Notes under the pieces: generated by a model
The model's input: only the letters and a program-made list of their open reading frames with translations
What the model was told of the DNA's origin: nothing
The model's database searches: none
DNA from: an uncultured Planctomycetota bacterium
GTDB lineage: Bacteria; Planctomycetota; PLA2; JAEUHO01
Assembly: GCA_963752285.1 (NCBI GenBank)
Contig: CAVVXN010000001.1
Coordinates: 96,001 to 160,000 of the forward strand
DNA length: 64,000 nucleotides
Direction of reading: 5' to 3'
Part shown: positions 56,729 through 64,000 of the stretch, one piece after another
How the letters are laid out: each line of letters starts with the position of its first letter
Position numbering within the stretch: the stretch's first letter is position 1
Made by a program: the position numbers and the translations under genes

Positions 56729-57526
56729 GTGCTCGTGAAGCTCGTCTCCCGTCTCCTCCTGCCGCCCGGAGGGCTCCTCCTCCTCTTCGCCGCGGCGTTG
56801 GTCCTCGCGTTCCTCGGGCGGCGTCGCCTCGCGCTCGTCGTCGCGGGGGTGGCCGGCGCCGCGTTCTGGATCCTCTCTACGCCGATCGTCGCCGACCGGC
56901 TCGTCCAAGGGCTCGAGGGCGAGGTCGGGGCCCGCACGATCGCGGATCTCCCGGTCGCGGACGCGATCGTGGTCCTCGGCGGCGGGATCGGTCCCGCGCT
57001 CCCGCCCCGCACGGTCGCCGACCTGTCCGAGGGCGCCGACCGCGTCCTCTTCGCCGCGCGCCTCGCCCGGGCCGGCAAGGCGCCGCTCGTCGTCGCGTCG
57101 GGGGGCTACCCCGCCTGGGTCGGCGCGCCGACGTCGGAGAGCGCGGAGACGAAGGCCCTCCTCGTCGAGTGGGGCGTGCCCGCCGACCACGTGCTCCTCG
57201 AGGAGAGGTCCCTCGACACGCTCGAGAACGCGGCGGACACGGCCAAGCTCCTTCGCGAGCGCGGCCTGACGAAGATCCTGCTGGTGACGTCGGCCCTCCA
57301 CATGCCGCGCGCGCTCGAGGCGTTTCGCGCGACGGGCCTCGACGTGACCGCCGCGCCGACGGACTACGCGGGCGTCGAGAACGCGCACCACACGGTGCTC
57401 GACTACGTGCCCACGGCGACGGCGTTCGAGCTGAGCGTCCGCTCGCTCCACGAGCACCTCGGACGACTCTGGTACCGGCTCCACGGGCTGCCCCGCGCGC
57501 CCGCGGACGCGCCGAGCGGCCCCTGA
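56729..57526 (+). CDS. YdcF/ElyC (DUF218) family protein
   Basis: DAIVVLGGG, SGG, SLDTLENA, LVTSALHMPRA, HEHLG. Confidence 0.93.
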   Translation: MLVKLVSRLLLPPGGLLLLFAAALVLAFLGRRRLALVVAGVAGAAFWILSTPIVADRLVQGLEGEVGARTIADLPVADAIVVLGGGIGPALPPRTVADLSEGADRVLFAARLARAGKAPLVVASGGYPAWVGAPTSESAETKALLVEWGVPADHVLLEERSLDTLENAADTAKLLRERGLTKILLVTSALHMPRALEAFRATGLDVTAAPTDYAGVENAHHTVLDYVPTATAFELSVRSLHEHLGRLWYRLHGLPRAPADAPSGP

Positions 57527-57570
57527 CCGGGTCGCCGCCCGGACGACGGCACGCTCCCGCCAGGACCGGG

Positions 57571-57879
57571 TCAGTCGAAGAGGAGCGACCACCAGCCGAA
57601 GAGCGCCCCGCTCATCTTCCCGCTGCGGCGCGCGGACGACACGTCGGAGCTCCTCCGCGCGGTCAGCCGCGACTCGAGCCGCATGAGGATCTGGTCGAGC
57701 TCGCCCCGGTCGAGCCACATGCCGTGCTCGTCGCACACGTCCACCGAGACGCCTCGGCGCGACTCGACGCGCATCGGCTTCTGGCAGAGGGGACAGGGCA
57801 GCTCGCGCGCGGGCTCGCCAAGCCCGCGCCCCCACTTGTCCGAGCTCCCCGGGAAATCCGAACCGATCTGGTCCTGCAT
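57571..57879 (-). CDS. zf-TFIIB zinc-ribbon domain protein
   Basis: CPLC..M..VDVCDEHGMWLDRGEL; GGAGG RBS. Confidence 0.85.
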   Translation of the reverse strand: MQDQIGSDFPGSSDKWGRGLGEPARELPCPLCQKPMRVESRRGVSVDVCDEHGMWLDRGELDQILMRLESRLTARRSSDVSSARRSGKMSGALFGWWSLLFD

Positions 57880-57966
57880 CGCCACCTCCCGCGAGGAGTG
57901 TAGCGACGCGTCTCTTCCCCCGGAACGGGCGCTACCGAAACGGGGACGAAGGGGTATCAAGGAGGG

Positions 57967-59532
57967 ATGCGACGCTGGCTCCTCCTCGTCGCCGTGGCCC
58001 TCCTCGCCTCCCCGGCCGCACGGGGAGACGCGGGTTCGTTCGTGGCGCCCTTCGAGCGGGGGACCGGTTTCGTCCCCGTGAACGACGTGGACGCGTGCGT
58101 GCTCGCGGGTCTCGCCGGCGCGGGGATCGAGCCGTCGAACCCGTGCTCGGACGAGGTGTTCCTCCGGCGTGTGTTCCTGGACCTCACCGGCACGCTTCCC
58201 GACCCGGAGCGCGTCCGGCGGTTCCTGGCGGACCCGCGGCGGGAGAAGCGCGAGCGGCTCGTGGACGCGCTGCTCGCGTCGGACGAGCTCTCCGACTACC
58301 TGACGCTCAAGTGGGGCGACCTCCTGCGCGTGAAGTCGGAGTTCCCCATCAACCTCTGGCCGAACGCCGTCCAGGCGTACGACCGCTGGATCCTCGAGGC
58401 CGTCCGCTCGAACCTCCCCTACGACCAGCTCGCGCGCGCCCTCCTCACCTCGAGCGGAAGCAACTTCCGGGATCCCGCGGTCAACTTCTATCGCGCGGTG
58501 CAGGCGAAGACGCCCGAGGCGGTCGCCGCGGCGGTCGCCCTGACCTTCATGGGATCCCGCTTCGAGCGCTGGCCCGGGGACCGCCAGAAGGGCATGGCCG
58601 CGTTCTTCTCGCGCATCGAGTGGAAGCGGACGCTCGAGTGGAAGGAGGAGATCGTCCTCCCCGACCCCGCGCCGGCGGGTCCGCTCTCCGCCACGTTCCC
58701 GGACGGCCGTGCGGTCACGATCCCGGCCGACACCGACCCGCGGCGCGTGTTCGCCGACTGGCTGCTCTCGCCCGGGAACCCGTGGTTCGCGCGCGCCATC
58801 GCGAACCGGGTATGGTCGTGGTTCTTCGGGCGCGGCGTGGTGGACGAGCCCGACGACCTTCGTGACGACAACCCGCCGTCGAACCCCGCCCTCCTCGCGT
58901 GCCTCGCCCACGACCTCGTGAAAGACGGCTACGACCTGCGGAAGCTGTTCCGCCGCATCGTCCTCTCCCGCACGTACCAGGGGTCGCCGATCCGTCGGAG
59001 CGACGCTTTGGAGGCCGCCGGGCTCTTCGCGTACTACCCCGTGCACCGGCTCGACGCGGAGGTGCTGATCGACGCGCTCTGCCGTCTCGACGACGTCGGC
59101 GAGGACTATGCGAGCACGGTCCCCGAGCCCTACACGATCCTCCCGAACACGTTGCGGACGATCACGCTCTCCGACGGGACGATCACGAGCGCGTTCCTGC
59201 AGATGTTCGGCCGCCCGGCCCGCGACTCGGGACTCGAGTCGGAGCGTGACCGCGACCCGACCGAGGCGCAGCGGCTGTACCTCCTGAACTCGAGCGACGT
59301 CCAGCGCCGGCTCGCCCGGAGCCGGTGGATCTCGCGCCTGGTCGCGACCGCCCCGGACCGGAACGCGATCGTGGAGGGCCTCTACCTGGCCCTCCTCGAC
59401 CGCTACCCGCTGCCCGACGAGGTGGAGGCGGCCTCCGTCTACCTCGACCGGGCCGACCTGACGACGCGTGAGGTCGCCCAGGACCTCGCGTGGGCGCTCT
59501 TGAACTCCAAGGAGTTCCTGTACCAACACTGA
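57967..59532 (+). CDS. DUF1549/DUF1553 domain protein
   Basis: CSDEVFLRRVFLDLTGTLP, NPWFARAIANRVW..GRG..EPDD..NPPSNPALL, DLAWALLNSKEF. Confidence 0.93.
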   Translation: MRRWLLLVAVALLASPAARGDAGSFVAPFERGTGFVPVNDVDACVLAGLAGAGIEPSNPCSDEVFLRRVFLDLTGTLPDPERVRRFLADPRREKRERLVDALLASDELSDYLTLKWGDLLRVKSEFPINLWPNAVQAYDRWILEAVRSNLPYDQLARALLTSSGSNFRDPAVNFYRAVQAKTPEAVAAAVALTFMGSRFERWPGDRQKGMAAFFSRIEWKRTLEWKEEIVLPDPAPAGPLSATFPDGRAVTIPADTDPRRVFADWLLSPGNPWFARAIANRVWSWFFGRGVVDEPDDLRDDNPPSNPALLACLAHDLVKDGYDLRKLFRRIVLSRTYQGSPIRRSDALEAAGLFAYYPVHRLDAEVLIDALCRLDDVGEDYASTVPEPYTILPNTLRTITLSDGTITSAFLQMFGRPARDSGLESERDRDPTEAQRLYLLNSSDVQRRLARSRWISRLVATAPDRNAIVEGLYLALLDRYPLPDEVEAASVYLDRADLTTREVAQDLAWALLNSKEFLYQH

Positions 59533-59544
59533 GGGAGGCACGCC

Positions 59545-60906
59545 GTGTCCCGGAATCGGTCCTCGGCCCGGATCGGTCGCCGCGAGGTGCTCGCGAGGGC
59601 GGCCCTCGGCGCGGCGGGTCTGACCTTCGTCGGCCGCGCGGCCCGGCGCGTCTTCGCCGAGCCCCGCGAAGCGGCGCGCCGAGGGGCGCCCGCGCCGCGC
59701 GCCACCTCCGTGATCGAGCTGTGGATGTCGGGCGGGCCCTCGCACCTCGACACGTTCGACCCGAAGGCGGAGGCGGGCTCGGACTTCTGCGGCCCCCTCG
59801 CAAAGCCCATCTCGACGAACGCCGACGGCGTCCGGATCTCGGAGCTGCTCCCGCTGCTCGCGCAGCAGGCCGACAAGTACTCGATCGTCCGCACGATGTC
59901 GCACGGCATCGACGCGCACGAGACGGCCACGTACGCGATGCAGAGCGGCCGCCGGTCGAGCGAGAACGGGCTCGTCTACCCCGCCTTCGGTGCGGTCGTG
60001 TCGTCTTTCAAGGGCTACGGCCACGGGTACGAGGGCCGGATCCCGCCGTACGTGGTGCTCACGCAACCCCTCGGCCGCTTCGCGGTCGAGGGATTCCTCG
60101 GCCTCGACCACAAGCCCTTCGTGACCGGCGGCGACCCGCGGCAGGAGCGCTTCGCGGTGGAGGGCATCGTGGCCGAAGGCGTCTCGGACGCCCGACAGGC
60201 GGCGCGCCGTCGCCTGCTCCACACGCTCGACACGCTCGGCCGCGCCCTCCCGGGCGACCCGTCGTTCGAGAAGCTCGACCGCGCCGAGGCGTCGGCCTAC
60301 GAGATGATCCTCGGCGACGCGGGCCGGGTCTTCGACCTCCAGCAGGAGACCGCGGCGGTGCGTGACCGGTACGGGCGCACGACGTTCGGCCAGTCGTGCC
60401 TCGCGGCGCGCCGGCTCGTCGAGAAGGGCGTGCCGTACGTCGTCGTGAACTCGGGCGGGTGGGACACGCACAAGCGAAACTTCGAGACGATGCGCACGAA
60501 GCTGCCGGACCTCGACCGCGGGATGTCGGCCCTGCTCGAGGACCTCGCGCAGCGCGGCCTCCTCGACCAGACCATCGTCTGGTGGAGCGGCGAGTTCGGG
60601 CGGACGCCCCGCGTGCAGTGGGAGGAGCCCTGGAACGGGGGCCGCGGCCACTACGGTCGCTGTTTCTCGGCCGTCGTGGCCGGCGGCGGCTTCGAGGGCG
60701 GCCACGCCGTCGGGACCTCGAATCCCCAGGGCACCGACGTCCGCGAGCGGCCCGTCACCCCGCGGGACCTGCACGCGAGCATGTACACGCTCCTCGGGAT
60801 CGATCCCGACGGCCCGCTTCCGAACCCGCGTGGCCTGGACGTGCCGGTCCTCCCCGCGCCCGACGGCCCGAAGGGGTCCGGGCTCCTCTCCGAGATCATG
60901 CCGTGA
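59545..60906 (+). CDS. DUF1501 domain protein (Tat-like signal)
   Basis: GRREVL, GGPSHLDTFDPK, FGQSCLAARRLVEKGV, GWDTH, GEFGRTP, GRGH. Confidence 0.95.
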   Translation: MSRNRSSARIGRREVLARAALGAAGLTFVGRAARRVFAEPREAARRGAPAPRATSVIELWMSGGPSHLDTFDPKAEAGSDFCGPLAKPISTNADGVRISELLPLLAQQADKYSIVRTMSHGIDAHETATYAMQSGRRSSENGLVYPAFGAVVSSFKGYGHGYEGRIPPYVVLTQPLGRFAVEGFLGLDHKPFVTGGDPRQERFAVEGIVAEGVSDARQAARRRLLHTLDTLGRALPGDPSFEKLDRAEASAYEMILGDAGRVFDLQQETAAVRDRYGRTTFGQSCLAARRLVEKGVPYVVVNSGGWDTHKRNFETMRTKLPDLDRGMSALLEDLAQRGLLDQTIVWWSGEFGRTPRVQWEEPWNGGRGHYGRCFSAVVAGGGFEGGHAVGTSNPQGTDVRERPVTPRDLHASMYTLLGIDPDGPLPNPRGLDVPVLPAPDGPKGSGLLSEIMP

Positions 60907-63248
60907 GCCGCCTCCTCCTCGCCTCCGGGCTCCTCCTCCCGCTCCTGGCCCTCTTCGCGGGGGTCGTCACGGCGGGCGAGGGCCCCCAGCGGCCGAACGA
61001 CCCGCACATCGGCTACGTCGTGCCCGCCGGGGGACAGCAGGGCACGGTCACCCGGATCGTCGTGGGCGGCCAGAACCTCCGCGGCGTGAAAGGCGTCCAC
61101 CTGACGGGCACGGGCGTCACGGGACGCGTCGTGCTCTGGATCCCGCCGTTTCGTCCCCTCGATCGCGAGGAGTCGATCGAGCTCCGACGCCGCCTCGTCG
61201 AGGCACGCGACCGCCGGCTCGCGGAGGCCGCGGGCCGCACGGCGTCGAAGCCCCCCGCGCCGGCGCCGGCCGGGGAGGACGGCGGGAAGGACGGCGAAGC
61301 GAAGCCCCGCGCGAAGCTCCCCGACCACCCCCTCCTGGAGAACCTCGACGCGAAGAGCCTCCAAGAGCTGAAGGAGATCGCCGCCTTCTTCTTCCGTCGT
61401 CGCGATCCGACGCAGCAGAAGCGCGCGATCGCCGAGACCGTCTGGATCGACCTCGACGTCGCGGGCGACGCGGAGCCCGGCGAGCGCGAGCTCCGCCTCG
61501 TCACGCCGCAGGGTCTCTCGGACCCGCTGCGGGTCCGGGTGGGCCTCGTACCCGAGACGACGGAGCAGGAACCGAACGACGCGACCCCGCCCGCGAAGGA
61601 CGCGGCCGACCTCCCGATCGTCTTCAACGGGCAGATCCTGCCGCGGGACGTGGACCGGTTCCGCTTCCACGCGAAGCGCGGACAGCACCTCGTGGCCCGG
61701 GCCGAGGCCCGCCGCCTCGTGCCGTACCAGGCGGACTCCGTCCCCGGCTGGATGCAGGCCACGATCACGCTCGAGGACGTGAGCGGTCACGAGCTGGCGT
61801 ACGGAGACGACTACCGGTTCGACCCCGACCCCGTGGTCTTCTACGACGTCGAGAGGGACGAGGACGTCGTCCTCGTCGTGAAGGACGCGCTCGCCCGCGG
61901 CCGCGAGGACTTCGTCTACCGCGTCACGGTCGGCGAGCTTCCGTTCGTCACGAGCGTCTTCCCCCTCGGGGGCCGGGCCGACGTCGCCACGGTGGCGGAG
62001 GTGTCGGGCGTGAACCTCGACCTCCGGCGCGTGCCCCTGGACACGCGCGCGGGCCCGCTCGCCCTGCGGCGGGCGTCGTGGCGGCTCGGGCCGGCGATGT
62101 CCAACCCGGTCCCGTTCGCGGTCGGCGACCTGCCCGAGATCGTCGAGACCGAGGACGCCGAGGCCCCCGGCCCGACGCCGATCACGCTGCCCCTGGTCGT
62201 AAACGGCCGGATCGACCGCCCCGGCGACGTGGACGCGTACGCGTTCCGCGGGCGCGCGGGACAGACGATCGTCGCTTCCGTCGCGGCGCGCGCGCTCGGC
62301 TCGCCGCTCGACGGCGTGCTGCGCCTCGTGGCGGACGACGGCACGGTGGTGGCGTGGAACGACGACCATCCCGACCCCTCCCTGGGCGAGGTGACCCACC
62401 AGGCCGACCCGTGGCTCGAGACGCGCCTCCCGAAGACGGGCACGTACCGCGTCGTCGTGACCGACGGCACCGCGCACGGCGGTCCGGCGTACGCGTACCG
62501 GCTTCGCGTCAGCCCGCCGCGGCCGGACTTCGACGTGCTCGCGAGTCCATCGAGCCTCGACGTGCCGACGGGACGCGCCACGGTCGTCGCGCTCCACGTC
62601 GTGCGAAGGGACGGCTACGACGGGCCCGTGGACGTGACGCTCGACGGCGCGCCGCCCTACCTCACCCTCGCGGGCGCCCGGATCCCCGCGGGCCGGGACC
62701 GCGTCCTCGCCACGCTCTCGACCTCGGCCTCCGCCCGGACCGAGCCCGTCACCCTGCACCTCGTCGCGCGGGCCACCGTGGACGGGCGGGAGGTCGCGCA
62801 CGCCGTCACCCCGGCCGACGCGCAGATGCAGGCGTTCGCCACGTGGCACCTCGTAGAGCGCGAGGTGCTCGTCGCGTGCGTCGTCGGACCGGGCCGCGGC
62901 GGCGCGCCGATCACGCTCGAGGACCCGGTCCCCGTGCGCCTCGTGCGCGGGGGCACGGCGCGCGTTCGCGTTCACGTCCCGGGGCGCCCCGACCTCTCCG
63001 AGATCCGGTTCGTCCTCTACGAGCCGCCGGCGGGCGTCTCGCTCGACGCGCCGACCTCGGCCCGGGGCGAGCTCGTCCTGCCGATCCGCGTGGCGAAGGA
63101 CGGTCCCGCGCCCGGCGCCGAGGACAACCTGATCGTCGAGGCGTTCACGGAGCGCGAGGTCCCCGGTCGCGACGGCCGGCCCGCACAGACCCGCCGCGTC
63201 TCCCTCGGCGTGCTGCCGGCGATCCCCTTCCAGGTCGTGCGACGGTAG
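60903..63248 (+). CDS. Secreted PPC (pre-peptidase C-terminal) domain protein
   Basis: PAGGQQGT, EQEPND, NGQI..DVDRFRF, NGRIDRPGDVDAYAF, NDD..ADP..LPKTGTY. Confidence 0.88.
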   Translation: MSRLLLASGLLLPLLALFAGVVTAGEGPQRPNDPHIGYVVPAGGQQGTVTRIVVGGQNLRGVKGVHLTGTGVTGRVVLWIPPFRPLDREESIELRRRLVEARDRRLAEAAGRTASKPPAPAPAGEDGGKDGEAKPRAKLPDHPLLENLDAKSLQELKEIAAFFFRRRDPTQQKRAIAETVWIDLDVAGDAEPGERELRLVTPQGLSDPLRVRVGLVPETTEQEPNDATPPAKDAADLPIVFNGQILPRDVDRFRFHAKRGQHLVARAEARRLVPYQADSVPGWMQATITLEDVSGHELAYGDDYRFDPDPVVFYDVERDEDVVLVVKDALARGREDFVYRVTVGELPFVTSVFPLGGRADVATVAEVSGVNLDLRRVPLDTRAGPLALRRASWRLGPAMSNPVPFAVGDLPEIVETEDAEAPGPTPITLPLVVNGRIDRPGDVDAYAFRGRAGQTIVASVAARALGSPLDGVLRLVADDGTVVAWNDDHPDPSLGEVTHQADPWLETRLPKTGTYRVVVTDGTAHGGPAYAYRLRVSPPRPDFDVLASPSSLDVPTGRATVVALHVVRRDGYDGPVDVTLDGAPPYLTLAGARIPAGRDRVLATLSTSASARTEPVTLHLVARATVDGREVAHAVTPADAQMQAFATWHLVEREVLVACVVGPGRGGAPITLEDPVPVRLVRGGTARVRVHVPGRPDLSEIRFVLYEPPAGVSLDAPTSARGELVLPIRVAKDGPAPGAEDNLIVEAFTEREVPGRDGRPAQTRRVSLGVLPAIPFQVVRR

Positions 63249-63266
63249 CGAGGGCCACGGCCCTCG

Positions 63267-63761
63267 TCAGAAGACCGACTCGTCGGCGGACGGGCCGTAG
63301 ATCGACGGCACCGGCACGTCGCGAAGACGCAGGTAGACCGCGAGCTGCGCCCGGTGGTGGATCAGGTGGCTCAGCACGAAGCGCCGCAGCACCGCGGACC
63401 GGGGCAACGTGAAGAACACCTGCTCGCCGTGACGGAGCGACCACCCGCCCCGCAGCCGCTCGTCCGAGACGCCGGCGATCTTCCCGTGGCCCGCCGCCAC
63501 GTTCCGGTCGAAGAGCGCGAGGATCTCCGACCGCGTCGCGGCCTTCGGAGGCTCGAACGGTTCGGCGAGGTCGATCCCGTCTCCGTCCACCGTCGCGGCG
63601 ACCCACGACGGGATGTTCGCGACGTGCGTGGCGAGGTCCCCCATGGAGAAGGACTTGTCGTGGGGCTTCCAGGAGAAGGCGTCGTCGGGCACCCGCTCGA
63701 GGACCTTCCGTGTGGTCGCCATCTCCTGGTCGAACTCGGGCAGCAGCGTATCGGACGTCAT
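63267..63761 (-). CDS. DinB family protein
   Basis: TRKVLERVP, WKPHDKS, LATH, HLIHHRAQLAVYLR..VPSIYGPSADE. Confidence 0.93.
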   Translation of the reverse strand: MTSDTLLPEFDQEMATTRKVLERVPDDAFSWKPHDKSFSMGDLATHVANIPSWVAATVDGDGIDLAEPFEPPKAATRSEILALFDRNVAAGHGKIAGVSDERLRGGWSLRHGEQVFFTLPRSAVLRRFVLSHLIHHRAQLAVYLRLRDVPVPSIYGPSADESVF

Positions 63762-64000
63762 CGTTCGCGTTCTCCATGCCCTCGGACGGGGTCCGGCCGG
63801 GCGCCCGGGGCGCGCCGTACTACCGGGGGAGGCGTCCCTCCGTCAAGCGACGGCCGAGCGCAGGTCGGGCCCTCCGCGGCCGGGTACGACACGCAAAACG
63901 CGGTCGAGGGAGCGGACATGGGAACGTGCCGGACGCACGCGGCCGTCCTGTCGGGTCCCGGGGAGCCGCGGTCGTGAGCGAGGCCCTTCTCACGCGCCTC

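Noticed and set aside
57967..63248. DUF1553/DUF1501/PPC cluster as a novel system
   Set aside because: A common, multi-copy arrangement in Planctomycetota/Verrucomicrobiota. Its function is unknown, but nothing is distinctive here.

Overview
Very GC-rich bacterial chromosomal window. The DUF1549/DUF1553 + DUF1501 + PPC cluster and many secreted HEAT/VWA/TPR proteins suggest Planctomycetota (inference). It holds about 45 genes, including a DEAD-box helicase, tRNA-Ser(GCU), yebC-family regulator, ECF sigma/anti-sigma/CHAT triad, HscC-type Hsp70 + J-domain operon, sodC, a heterodimeric ABC exporter, truD and an HpnB-like glycosyltransferase. Three signals are not represented in the ORF track. 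(1) An uncalled 39-aa double-glycine-leader peptide (20498-20617) lies between a 2OG-Fe(II) oxygenase-like gene and a PpiC-like + cNMP-domain C39 peptidase ABC transporter pair, a candidate new RiPP system. (2) A 125-codon membrane protein (37252-37629) has an in-frame TGA followed by a SECIS-like hairpin, a candidate selenoprotein. (3) A 6.6-kb segment starting at the tRNA-Ser 3' end is punctuated by nine copies of a 26-bp motif and contains a RAYT-type HUH transposase, a duplicated RAYT tail and cargo genes. Several apparent pseudo-enzymes and gene remnants are also present. All family calls come from motif recognition by eye; no searches were run. Several 1-bp frameshifts in G/C runs could be assembly errors.
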